Shown: piece after piece, positions 26,401 through 39,046 of the stretch | How positions within the stretch are numbered: the stretch's first letter is position 1 | Layout of the letters: each line of letters starts with the position of its first letter | Origin: Podarcis pityusensis | Taxonomy: Eukaryota | NCBI GenBank assembly: GCA_964106645.2 | Contig: OZ067048.1 | Strand: one strand, 5' to 3' | Length of the DNA: 64,000 nt | Made by a program: the position numbers and the translations under genes | The notes under the pieces: model-generated | What the model was told of the DNA's origin: nothing | The model's database searches: none | The model's input: the letters and a program-made list of their open reading frames with translations, nothing else

Positions 26401-27888
26401 CATATATTCATTTTAAGCTGCTCAGTGTCTTGAAGAAATGATTCAAAAATTTTAAAAGCTTTGCTTTCCTCTATTAATATTATCAAACTTAGTATTATCA
26501 AACTTAGAATGGCAACTCTAATTAATGTTTGGGTCAGACAAAAAAATGGAGCTTTATTTTCTTTTGAAGTCAGATCATGAAATTAACTGGCACAGTGAAA
26601 TGGCATCAAGATTGTGTTCAAAATAGTTGTGCAATTTTCTATCCATGTTTTCCTTTTTTTGCCAAATCTTTACAGGTTGCATATAACCAAATGTGATGTC
26701 TGACATTCATTCTGTTGTTTGGTAGAGATGAATAAATAAACTGAACTCAGGGCAATCAAGCAAAGTTATCTGTGATTATTTCAGAATTTAAAAGCCAATG
26801 GTATTATGTAAATTTAAGCAGTGTTTTAAAAACCAGGAAGAAAAATCCTATGTACATTAATATTCAAGCTTTGTTTTTTTAAATAAGCTTTTTGAGAAAG
26901 CTTGCTTCTAGAATAGTTATACTTTTAAAAAATAACATAAGCAATTATTCAAATATTGGAAGCATAACGCTAAGAATTCATTCCACAGCTGTATGTACAC
27001 AAGCACACTCACTCTACACTAACAAGAACTTAAATAGAGCCTTACTTCCTATACTTATGGATTCTTAGCTAGCAATACCACTGTGCCTGCAAAAAGTTTA
27101 TTTTGACCAACACAAGACAAAAGAAAACAAAGTTCATTTTATCTGACCTCTAAATAGAGCCAACATATTGCAAACATTAAATTATCATGCTTGCTGGCTT
27201 AAAAACATTTGTAGCTTTCAAAGAATTATAGAAGAGACCCTAAAGCAACACTGCTGGCACCAGTAGGATCGCACAGGTCATAAATACATATTGAGTTTTA
27301 AAGTTCCAACATCTACTTAACTGAACTCAGCTATCACTCTTTACTATAAACACACTGCATACGTACTGCTTAATTAAGACACTCCAACCTCAATATTAGG
27401 AGCTCTTTGTCTTATACTGCATGCCAGAAACCAACCTCAAAAAACTGGAAAAAAATACACATCTTGCTCCAAGCAAAGCCAGAATCACTTTGAACTTAAA
27501 AATTAACTAAGTGCCATATAAGTCAAGGCTAAGACTGATCCAGTTTCAAACATACAATATAATTTCCTGGCGTAGTTTCTCCCTTAGGGAGGAAGCCTTC
27601 TTGATTATCAGCTTGCAGGTATTTGAGTCATAAACATTTACTTTTTCCAAAGAAAGACAGGTTTGCACATTTTAAAAAAAAACACCTACATTTTCCAGAA
27701 ATCTGAGGTTGTTGGTTGCAGTGAATAAGTCTAAAATAGGTTTTGGAAAAACACACAAGACTGCTTGATTTATGAATTGCCATTAAATGTGTATCACATG
27801 CCAGCATGTTGCCTTCCAGGATTTAATGCCGTTTATGACAGAATGAGTAAGCCAATTAAAATAGAGCATTTTTTAACAGATTCCGAAC

Positions 27889-28030
27889 CTCCATCCCTCA
27901 TGTTCTCTTCCCGAATCACTGGTGATGTCAACGTGATGGTCACTTGCATTTTAGGTTCCACACAGGAATTCAAAATGATGGATGCTTCTTGTCCTGCACA
28001 CTTTATTTCATATTTCTCAGGACTTATTAC
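27889..28030 (-). CDS. ZFR: ZFR exon 15 ([47 protein letters not shown])
   Basis: TTTAG acceptor, 142 nt, weak G|GTTCGG donor. Confidence 0.95.
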
Positions 28031-28399
28031 CTAAAGAATGCAAATAAGAAGCTAAATGTTTTCACACAAAAAGGGACTAGTCCAAAATACCCGGAGGTTC
28101 ATCACAAGTTGCTTGGGAGTTTAGCCAAGGTACCTTGTACCGTACCTTGACTAAATGATGAATTCATACATTAAAGGAAAGTAAGGTGTGTGAGAGAACT
28201 GGCTTACTTGAGTCTGTAACAAATTTACAGTATCCTGGAGGGAAGGAGCAGGTGGCCATTATGAGGTTAAGGCCTTCCCACTGTATATTGGAAGGTTTTA
28301 GGACGGAGGAGAAAGAAAGAATAAAGTTCTGCTTCCCCACTGTGCAGAATCCACCCTGCCCCTGAATGAATGAATATAGCAAATTTTGCTGTATGAATA

Positions 28400-29404
28400 C
28401 AGTGGTGCCTCGCAAGACGAAATTAATTGGTTCCGCAAGTTTTTTCTTCTTGCGAGTTTTTCGTCTTGCGAAGCACGGTTTCCCATAGGAATGCATTGAA
28501 AATCAATTAATGCGTTCCTAGGGAAACCGCTTGCCAGGCTGGCGGTGCGGAGAAGGGCTTTTCTCCCCACCGCAAGCCTTCAGGACAGGTACGGGAACAG
28601 AGGGGAAGGCGCGCAGCGCTTTCCCTCTGTTCCCGGGGCTTGCGTGGGAGGAGGGTTTTTCCTCCGCACCGCCAACATTCAGAACAGCATTCTGAATGTT
28701 GGCGGTGGGAGGGAAAACCCTCCTCCCACCCCAAGTCTTCAGGAAAGCCATCCGAAGCTGGGCGGCGGGAGAAGGTGTCCCCGCCCCCCGCCCGGCATCG
28801 GAGCTTCGTTCCGATGCCGGGCGGCGGGAGGAGGCGTTCCCCCCCCGCCCAGCATCGGAGCTTCGTTCCGATGCCGGGCGGGGGGAGGAGGCGTTCCCCC
28901 CCCGCCCGGCACCGGAGCTTCGTTCCGATGCCGGGCGGCGGGAGGAGGCGCCCCCCCCCGGCATCGGAGCTTCGTTCCGATGCCGGGCGGCGGGAGGAGG
29001 CGCCCCCCCCGGCATCGGAGCTTCGTTCCGATGCCGGGCGGGGGGAGGAGGCGTTCCCCCCCCGCCCGGCATCGGAGCTTCGTTCCGATGCCGGGCGGGG
29101 GGAGGAGGCGTTCCCCCCCCCCCGCATCGGAGCTTCGTTCCGATGCTGGGCGGCGGGAGGAGGCGTTCCCCCCCCCGCCCGGCATCGGAGCTTCGTTCCG
29201 ATGCCGGGCGGGGGGAGGAGGTCCGAGGACAGTGGGGAAGACACGCTGCGCTTCCCCGCTGTCCCGGAGATTTCCCTATGGGCTGTCGTCTTGCGAAGCA
29301 AGCCCATAGGGAAATTCGTTTTGCGAAGCGCCTCCAAAACGGAAAACCCTTTCGTCTAGCGGGTTTTCCGTCTTGCGAGGCGTTCGTCTTGCAGGGTACC
29401 ACTG
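28400..29404. mobile_element. Tc1/mariner-type (Tigger/pogo-like) non-autonomous element, 1005 bp, with hairpin-rich interior
   Basis: TA TSDs (28398-28399, 29405-29406); TIRs CAGTGGTGCCTCGCAAGACGAA / TTCGTCTTGCAGGGTACCACTG. Confidence 0.9.
28790..29220. repeat. GC-rich minisatellite, 8 units of about 51-58 bp, each with the palindrome GCCCGGCATCGGA-GCTTCGT-TCCGATGCCGGGC
   Basis: Eight copies counted; spacer GG(C/G)GGGAGGAGGCG(TT)Cn. Confidence 0.93.
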
Positions 29405-29609
29405 TATAGCAAAAGTGGGCTAACATTCCTTTCTGGGTAGCCTGGGGGTGTGCCCATTCCAGTTGTGAGAGGACCCAGAGAGAAAAATGGGTCGAGTAAC
29501 AGGTGCATTTTTTACCTAATTAGCAGGCTAGTTTCTAGACGTACTTTCACACCACTCTCCATCCTCCTTCCAGACAAGCAAGAAGCACTAGCAGAGTTCA
29601 AAGGCACAT

Positions 29610-29868
29610 TCCAACTAATCCAGAACGCAGCAGCTAGACTGGTGACTGGCCGCCGAGACCATATAACACCGGTCCTGAAAGACCTACATTGGCGCCCGCC
29701 CTGTGGAGTGCCTTCCCATCAGATGTCAAGGAAATAAACAATGATCTGGCTTTTAGAAGACATCTGAAGGCTTTCATCGTGTTTTTAATATTCTGTTGGG
29801 AGCTGTCCAGAGTGGCTGGGAAAACCCAGATGGGCAAGGTATAAATAATATTTTTTTATTATTATTAC
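29610..29868 (+). mobile_element. L2-type LINE 3' fragment with (TAT)n tail
   Basis: Translation FQLIQNAAARLVTGRRDHITPVLKDLHW is an L2 RT C-terminal motif; tail CAGAGTGGCTGGGAAAACCCAG...TATAAATAA. Confidence 0.8.
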
Positions 29869-30284
29869 CCTCAAGGGGTGTGAGAAGTAGGGCTAGTGAG
29901 GCATGTGGCCCAGGGGAGAGTCCTCAGAGCCAGAGAGGCCTGGAGGGCTTCCTTCTGCCCCCAGGCCTGAGGTCCCTGCACCTGCTATACAACAATAAAA
30001 TGCTCATGTTTGGGGTTGGCAGCCAATCTCCTACGAGTTCTTTAGCACTATATAACACAATGTGGAGTTTTAAGGAGACTGGGAAGGGAAGTGTTCTTTT
30101 CTTTCTGTCTTCCCCATCCTCAAGGAGTACTACAAGGCTCTTATTCCAGCCTGCCTACAGCCGTGAAGAGGATAGAAGCACTCCTATTACAGGATGGCGG
30201 TGCAGCTATGCATTGCAGGCTGAGCACCTATACCTGTCTTTAGAAATTAGCTCATTGCTAGTTCACCTACTTCAAAGTAAATTA

Positions 30285-30542
<258 letters not shown>

Positions 30543-31096
30543 TCAAGGGCCAAAGCACTCAAAGAAAACAAGTCTAATGCAGGGAGAGTCCTTCACGTGC
30601 AACACACTACCCTAGACCCCTGTGAGGGCGGTGTGCATTCTGTCATTCTCTACATACATCATAGCTTACATTTTAACTCTATGCGGAAAGCACAAAGTTT
30701 TGAAAAAAAGATCCAGACAGAAAAGAGGTGCAATGAAAAGTTTGGTATTTCTCACACTGGGTGGAGTTCTGGGCTAGTCCTTCTCTACCATCAGCAAGAG
30801 GATAAAGCCTCAGCCAAGGAAAAGTAGTCTGAAGTGCTGCTAAGAATCTATTGCACAGCTAAAGGACATTTTCATATGAACAAAGTGCAGTTGCTGTTGA
30901 AGAAATGCAGTTCCTAGTTGCTTCTAGAGAATGCCAGCTAAGCAAACAACTTTCATTGGCAAAAATTAGGGATCCATTACTCTGATAACAGAATCCAGTA
31001 TTTCTGGGCGCATAAGTTTAAGAAGTTGGCATGAAGTAGGGCAAATGCTCCATTTTGTCTTAGTCCCTCTCCTAGCACAATGATTTCAAGCAACTA

Positions 31097-31345
<249 letters not shown>

Positions 31346-31807
31346 TCAGATACATTTTATGTTTTCCTGCTTTTTGTTCTTTGCTATTTTATTAAAATTA
31401 TCAAGTTTTCTGCCTCAAAGTGCATTAAAAGAGCTCACATAAAGAAAATGAGATCTTTAAAAAATGTAAATGAAGAATTGGTTGGCATCAAAACCACCCA
31501 CCAGGGCTAAAGGCTCTCCCTGCTCTGGAAAATAAATGGGGTGATACAGACCAAGGAAGGCTTTCAAGGTTTACTATTATTTGTTACAGATTACATCTGA
31601 TGGTGGAATAAGTGTCCTGATAATGCATGTAATATGATGGTGCCATCATGATGGCTCTAGATTTCACAGTTGGTTAGCAGAAGCCAATGCTTAGCTACTA
31701 AGCCTAGGCATAATTTGCAGACCCGACTGACTTACTAGGTTCCCCCCACCCCCAGTCTGTGGCACCAAGTACATCAGGAGGAGAGAGACAATGCGAACAT
31801 TACTCAC

Positions 31808-31970
31808 AGCTGGTCCCTGGGGCTGTGGTGGCATTCCTGGTCTAACACCAAGTAGTCCAAGAGGTCCTGGAGGTCCATGAGGATATCCTCCATCAGGTAT
31901 TCTGTGGCGGTCATCCCAATGATGCTGCTCTTCTTCCATCCTCCTCCAGTACATGTCCTCCTCATAGCGT
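31808..31970 (-). CDS. ZFR: ZFR exon 12 ([20 protein letters not shown]...PQGPA)
   Basis: AG/GTGAGT boundaries, 163 nt. Confidence 0.97.
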
Positions 31971-32341
31971 CTAAGTATATGAATTAAATCACATAGGCTT
32001 TCAGTTGATGCAGAAATACCTTTTATTGACGATATGTTCAATAATTCAGGTCCCACCAAAATTAATTTTGGAACTTCAAATGTTAAAAAAGATATTGGAT
32101 GCTGCAGATTCAATAATTCTGTATTCGCTACAGAATTCATAGTAGGATCTGGTTTACACCCATAAAAAGCCATTCTTACTCTTTATAAATATTTTCTATG
32201 CCTGTTTTCAATTATTTATTTAAAGGTAAAATTAATCCAGGCTTTCCAAGGCAAGCATTCATAGGAATATAGTTACATAGAATGGAAACTGATTCAGGTT
32301 TACAAAATGTACACTGGTCGCTATTAAAGTCTACATGTTAC

Positions 32342-32487
32342 CTCATTTCCATTCTCCACCGTTCCTCCTCTTCACGTCTTCTCCAATATTCTTCTTTCTG
32401 CATCTGCTTCCTCATCTTTTCTTCCTGGATCTTCCTTGCCCGGATGCTCGGCTTCACTTCTACTTGCAAGTCTGGGTTTACTTTTTT
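32342..32487 (-). CDS. ZFR: ZFR exon 11 ([24 protein letters not shown]...WRMEM)
   Basis: AG/GT boundaries, 146 nt. Confidence 0.96.
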
Positions 32488-32881
32488 CTGTTGTAGAGAA
32501 GGAAGATTTTAATTTTATTTTCTTGTAAGATTTATTCTCTGTGGTCAGATCCAATTATTTTCACCAAGACAAAGCAAAAACTACAATTCAGTCAGAGACA
32601 CAATCCTTCATATTAAAAAACATTATGAGGAGCAAACAGTAAGCTACAGTATTATCCCTCCTCATACAATACTTTCACTTGCAATACATATAAGTAGCTT
32701 AATATGTGGAACAAACACTATATGGCTACCATAGTTCAGCTGGGGGAGGGAACAGTTGGTGCTCAAAATAGATGTACTACCTGCTTAGGTTTCATCCTAG
32801 AAGAGACCAAGTAAAACTCAATCACCATCAAATTTACTGAAAGAGACCGTCAGAACTAGACCATTTACGCTGCTACAGTCA

Positions 32882-33025
<144 letters not shown>

Positions 33026-33645
33026 TCAGTATAAAAATGGTTGTTTAACACAATTTGGTTTCATAAAGAAACTGAACTAATTTTTGTAAAATTTTCACAC
33101 AAAGACATGTTCTGGCATAAGATCTATGCAATAGTGGCAACAGAGAACCTGTATTTACCAGCCATGGCAGACTTCAATTAGGTTAAAAAAAAAAACAACA
33201 ACCTTTGACCCAAATATCTATTCTTACTTTTGCTACTGTCTGATATCAAAGTTGAATTACCCATTTTCCAAGTTAATTATTGTGTTCCAGATCAAGTGCA
33301 AAGCTTTTTGTTTCTCATAGCCAACAGAGCACTTCTACCCATGTGAGCACCTCTTTCAGAATCTAGATCTATCCTGCGCCCCTGAACTATTTCATATAGC
33401 AGTAACTTGCCTCTCCAACCCCCCTTGGAATTTTCTGGAGCAAGTTTGCAATAGTTCTACTTTGGAACACTATGTTGAGGCACTATTCTCAATCGCTGAA
33501 GAACACTCTATTACTCCAAAACACCGTTCTGTAGATGTCCTTTCACTGTTAAAATCTTTTCTAAACACCAGAGCAAGCACAGTAACTACTAATGTGTTTT
33601 GAATCAGGCTGCCTTTGAAGGCAGTTTGGAAGCTACAGTCCAGAT

Positions 33646-33899
33646 CAAGGTTCGGCAAGGTTTATCTTGCCTGAGTCGGATCAGTCCCGTGGAGATCCCT
33701 TCATAGGCTGGATTGCGCACATGCCGCAATTTTCGGCATTTGCGTTTGCGCAGGCGTGATTTCTGGCGCTGCGGAAGCAACTCCCCGCACCGCTTTAGCG
33801 CAGCGCGCGAGCAGCTCAGTTTGGGGGCGGCTCATGGCCCGGTCAAACGACCTCCACGGGCCGCTTCCGGCCTATGGGCCTTAGGTTGCTGACCCCCTG
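33646..33899. mobile_element. hAT-type MITE with 8-bp TSD
   Basis: TSD GTCCAGAT / GTCCAGAG; termini CAAGGTTCGGCAA ... TTGCTGACCCCCTG. Confidence 0.8.
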
Positions 33900-34567
33900 G
33901 TCCAGAGCATAGTGACTAGAATTTTGAACTGAGCAAACTGTGCAGAATATTGATCCTGAAAGATCTACACCTTGCACGTAACGCTTGTCCTCAAAGATCT
34001 ACAGGGGTTATCTATGCATTTCTAGGCTCACTTCAAAATGCTGATTATGGCCTTGAAAACCCTATACTGAGGTTGGAGAACTAGATCCCGGATGGGAAAC
34101 TTCCTAGTGGAACTTGCTGTCAGCAAGCCCTGCTTGTAAAGGAACAATCGGGAACTCAAGGCAAATAAACACTGTACTTTTAAAGCAAATACAATGCACA
34201 CTTAAGCTACATGACTTCTCCCAAAGAATCCTGAGAACTGTACTTCCCCTCTACAGAGACAGAATTCCCAGTACCCATAACAAACCAGTTTCCAGGATTT
34301 ATTGGGGAAAGTCATGTACTTTAAATATGCATTTGATGCTTTGAATTTATGGTGTGGATTTGCCCCTCACTTTAAGCTCCTGATTGTTCCTTTGGAGTCA
34401 TGTCCTTACCTGCCTCTCATCTGCTGTCACATATGTAACCCATGTGGCAGCTGGCCATGGTCTGGGGAAAAGTTTCAAAGGCCTAATCAGAACCTGTGCC
34501 AGACCTATGAGACACGCCCCCCCCCCTCAACCTGGATTCCTGAAAGAATGTCCATCTATCCTGCCCT

Positions 34568-35102
34568 GAGCCTCAGATGTTCTGAGGAAGGTCACTTGTG
34601 AGTGTCTCTGCCATTTAAGGTCAGTAGCTATTAAATTTACAATGTTCTCAAATGTTGCCCCATCTGTGAAGCTCCCAGCAGAGTCATTTAACTCCTTTTC
34701 TTTCCTGATGGCTTTCCTGATGAGCTTTTTTTAGGATTTTACCCCAGGACATATACTGCCACAGGGGCCGGATTAAATTGAACGGATTAGGCCTCCAAAA
34801 TGGACTTTGGACATGCCTGTAATATGCCATATCACTTTCCTGTTTTACAAGACACAGCCATCTTACTACATGTCCCAATGATTGCCATCTTGCTATATAT
34901 CCCACTACCTGTTCCTTTGGAGCTGGAACTCTGAACAGTCAGTTTTGAAGGACACTCCACGTCCTCAGTGATCAGAAGTGTTAAGACAGTCTCAGTATTC
35001 ACACTCTAGTTTACCTGAAGACGAAGGCTTTTAATTTAATAGCTACTGACCTTAAATGGCAGAGACACTCACAAGTGACCTTCCTCAGAACATCTGAGGC
35101 TC
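34568..35102. repeat. Perfect 70-bp inverted repeat (34568-34637 / 35033-35102) with a 395-bp spacer
   Basis: Arms are exact reverse complements (GAGCCTCAGATGTTCTGAGG...GTAGCTATTAAATT). Confidence 0.95.
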
Positions 35103-35288
35103 TGGGAAGGATGGACAATGCTATTAGTACTCCACTGCAAATTCTTTCATAGACAAAATAGCCAAATAGTTACCTCACACAGAGACATGAAGCTAATTTA
35201 ATTATCAGCGTGATTTCACACTTCTGAGCCATATAAAGTAATCTAACACATTAATTGCATTTAAAGAACATAGTTTTTGAATGAATAC

Positions 35289-35485
35289 CTCTTCGACATA
35301 GTCATGACCCACTGGTTGGACCTCACTTTGCAAAGCAGCAAGAGCTGTAGATGTTACTGATTCAGCAGACATATCTGGCTTAATTTCCTGTGTTTGCACT
35401 GCAGCAATAGAAGGAGTAGTTTTGATATTTTCTACTGCTTTTAATTCATCCACTTTGCTTCCTGTTGTCTGTAGCTTGTTACCAC
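35289..35485 (-). CDS. ZFR: ZFR exon 9 (GNKLQTTG...[10 protein letters not shown])
   Basis: AG/GT boundaries, 197 nt. Confidence 0.96.
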
Positions 35486-36165
35486 CTAATATGAAACATT
35501 TCACAAGTGAATATTAATTTTCATTACATTTTCGAGTCACATTTCTTGCCACAACCAAGGGGAGGCTGGCCTACTGCTTAAAAACCTGGATATTCTGTAA
35601 GTAATAAACAAGCAAGCAAGCAAGCAAACCATAGCACAATACTGTAGTATTTTCCTCAAAGAACAGGTAACATAAAGTTAAATAAATAAAATACAAGTTC
35701 AAATAAACTATACGGTTTGTTTTAATAATGACAGCATGGCCTGGGGCATTCAAGAGGACAGGATAATTGGGTGCAAGACATGAGCCTTGACCAAACAAAA
35801 CTCTATAGCTATTGAAAATGCATTGTTCATACAACATTAGGAGTTGTGTTCCACGGTAGCCCCATGTTCAGTATTGTAATCTCTAATAAAAGGCGTGTTG
35901 GAGCAGAGAAGTGTTGATATAATACTTTCCTAAACCATTTGAGTAGCAATTTGTGTGCATGAGACAAACATTGCCATGAGAGAGACAGTGCTTAGAACTG
36001 CAAACAGATGCTTGATTTGATGGGCTTCATGCAGCCAAACTGAGAGAAAATTAGAATTTCCAGTGGTTGTTAAAATCATAGCAGACACTCATTTAAAACC
36101 TGTTCTTGCATAAGTTTATTTAGTGTATCTTGCTGAAGTTCTCACTAAAATACGTCAGTACTTAC

Positions 36166-36448
36166 CAACGAAGTTAATTTTGGGTGTGGATATTTTCTTT
36201 ACAGCAACATTAGCTGGAACTATTGTTGCTTTGTTGTTGGAAGTTGTGCTAAGTAGCACATTGGCGGAAGGAGTAAGAATTTTCACTGCCAAAGATGAAA
36301 CGGAAGAATTCACAGTGCTGCTGTTAGTTGCAATGTTTGAAGAGACAGCAGTTGGTTTGGAAGCAGATGTTGCAGACGTAGCCTGGGTCACGACGTTTGG
36401 TTCGGTTGAAGGAATGGGTTTGCCAAGTTTAGTATGAAGCTTAACCAC
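36166..36448 (-). CDS. ZFR: ZFR exon 8 ([17 protein letters not shown]...PKINFV)
   Basis: AG/GTAAGT boundaries, 283 nt. Confidence 0.96.
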
Positions 36449-36865
36449 CTAGAACCACCAATGAAGAAAGTTAATAGCAGAATCTACAAAACTGTTCAAC
36501 GTCTATTTAGAATCCTGTCTGTACTTCTAAGAGAATGAAAGTATAAGTTTCAATGAACCTTCAAAAGAATTTGCAGAATTCATGAGCGGAAACTTAATGG
36601 AGTCTAATACACACATGAAATACTGCATGAAACTGCACCCCAGCCACAGCTGCCCCACAACTGATATACTCCCAACTGTTCCTCTGCAAGAGGTACTAAC
36701 ATTCAGTGCCTTTTACATTTGGCACTATTCTGACACTGCCTCTGTTGTCACCTTTGGAGACGCCAAAAGAGGCTCTAGTGCATAAAGATCTGATTGTGTT
36801 CATGTTGGTAGCTAGTACATGGGACACTATGTAGAGATGTGTGTTTGCAGATTTTTTAATGTGTT

Positions 36866-37001
36866 GTAGCTCAGTTGGTTAGAGTGGTGCTGATAATGCT
36901 AAGGTTGCAGGTTTTTATCCCTGTAGGGGACAGCTGTAGATTCCTGCATTGCAGGAGGTTTGACCAGTTGATCCTCAAGGTCCCTTCCAACTCCGTGATT
37001 C
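36866..37001 (+). mobile_element. tRNA-Ile-derived SINE with CR1-type tail
   Basis: TAGCTCAGTTGGTTAGAG A box, TGCTGATAATGCTAAGGTTGCAGGTT, tail GGTCCCTTCCAACTC. Confidence 0.8.
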
Positions 37002-37315
37002 AGATCAGAGCGACTTATCATTCTCTCTCCTCTCTCTCTCTCTCTCCCTCGCTCCAAATGCAAGCCTTATTCTGATAGGCTCAATTCAGGAGCTCCAAGT
37101 GCAACCAATCCCTGCCTAAGGTGGGGGCTCACGTTTACTGCTGAATGAAGCCTTCGCTTGAATTAAAGCCATAGCTATAAAGGACAAATTGAGAGCACAA
37201 TTCATTCATTTGAGGCTGAATTACCTAAAGGCATACTGTGTCAGGTAACTGAAAGGTGGGCAGTCCCAGCCTCCTATCAAATGTGATGAATTTTGCCTGC
37301 CTGTCAGACCATTCA

Positions 37316-37588
<273 letters not shown>

Positions 37589-37729
37589 TCACCACATGAA
37601 TAACAAGACACATTAGTTCATTTATCATATTATTCTGTTCATTGAAAAGCAAAGTGCAAGAGATAACCAACATGAAGTTGATTTGCTGCTGAAAAGTATC
37701 CTGAAAATACTTTCCTCCACACAATTATA

Positions 37730-37812
37730 CAGTCGTATCTTGGAAGTCGAATGGAATACATTCTGGAAGTCCGTTCGACTTCCAAAACATTCGAAAACCA
37801 AAGTGCAATTGG
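37730..37812. mobile_element. Truncated Tc1/mariner MITE end with internal hairpin
   Basis: TA+CAGTCGTATCTTGG terminus; TTGGAAGTCGAATGGA...TCCGTTCGACTTCCAA. Confidence 0.6.
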
Positions 37813-37929
37813 AATATTTTAAACTGAAATAACCCTGAAGCGAAAAACTTATTGACCCTGAATATTTGGCATATACTAATTGTTTCATTTTACGAAGCAA
37901 TTAAGTTCATAATCAGAAAGCAGCAATAC

Positions 37930-38177
37930 CTGTGGTCCAGCACAGCTGATCTTACAAACATCACAATAGTGGATCTGGGGTGGTTTGGGAGGCTGTTTTG
38001 GTTTCAACTGTTTATTTTGGAATGGTGCCTTTTTAGTGAAGGTGGTCCCTGTCCAGGCAGCTGTCGCAGCAGCAGCAGCAGCTGCCGCCGCCGCCTGTTT
38101 CTGTTGCTGCTGCTGCTGTTGATAGTAAGATGATGCAGCTGAATATACTGCAGCCTCATAGCCAGAATACGATGTAC
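37930..38177 (-). CDS. ZFR: ZFR exon 6 (polyQ/polyA tract and ZnF1 start [14 protein letters not shown])
   Basis: AG/GT boundaries, 248 nt; Q7-K-Q-A10 tract. Confidence 0.97.
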
Positions 38178-38827
38178 CTTTAAATGATCAAAAAAAGTTG
38201 TAAGTTGTAAGCACATTAACATTAAAGTCTGAAAATCTAAATGTAATTAAATGCACAGTGCACACGAGAGTATCCCTTAATTAAGGAGAATTTCAGCATT
38301 AACATAGATGCACAAAACTTGTACTTAAAAGTAAAACCAATATTTTCAATCTGTATATCCAAGCAATGCTACACAGCCAGAAAAGAGGAGTTTATTTCAA
38401 GTTAAAAAAGCAATTTTTTTTTCTAGTGGAGCAATGCCAACATCCACAAACATACAGCAAACCTGTACAATCAGTCCAACATAGATCTGTAAGGCATCAC
38501 CTCGTGCCTGAAAAGGTTGGTGATACCTGCTCTACACCAACAGTCTGCCATCAAGACTCTTTTTCACCTGTCCTAAAGAGTCTGAATTTGTAATCATACC
38601 ATTACCTTAGAGTAAGTCCAACTGGCCATAGTTGACTTACTTCTTTGTAAACCTGCACACAATCAGCACATTTGACAAAGCAAAAGTTCCCAAGAAGTAA
38701 TTTGAGTACAGAACCGGTCTTTGAAAAATCTAGACATGTTCAGCACAGCATTTGTACCTTTGATCTTACAAAGGCATCTAAATAGTCATTTCTAGCCTCC
38801 AATATCCCTTCTTCAAGCAATACTCAC

Positions 38828-39046
38828 CAGAATAAGTAACTGCTGTTGTACTATATGTAGCACTTTGGGTATACGAGGGAACAACGGTAGCTGCTGCTGC
38901 AACTGGTTGCACAGTGGAAGATACAGGATATATGGAGAAAGTAGTAGTAGCTGGGCTTGGAGTGGCTGGTTTTATGGCTGTCACTTGACGAGTTTGCTGG
39001 GCTTGAGTATACTGAGTTGCTCCTTGGCTATAGCCGGCTTTTGGAG
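38828..39046 (-). CDS. ZFR: ZFR exon 5 ([12 protein letters not shown]...AVTYS)
   Basis: AG/GTGAGT boundaries, 219 nt. Confidence 0.97.

Noticed and set aside
28790-29220. Palindromic repeats with spacers resembling a CRISPR array
   Set aside because: The spacers are near-identical rather than unique, there are no cas genes, and the array lies inside a TA-flanked eukaryotic MITE in a vertebrate intron
28507-29426. Long overlapping ORFs (148-302 aa) in all six frames
   Set aside because: A by-product of a stop-poor GC-rich tandem repeat; the peptides are repetitive and carry no transposase motifs
31971-32341. Intronic miRNA (human ZFR hosts MIR579, as recalled)
   Set aside because: That miRNA is primate-restricted as far as I know, and no pre-miRNA-like hairpin was seen here
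36866-36940. Possible tRNA-Ile gene (also 10888-10935)
   Set aside because: The acceptor and T stems are degenerate and the head runs into a CR1-type tail, so these are SINE copies
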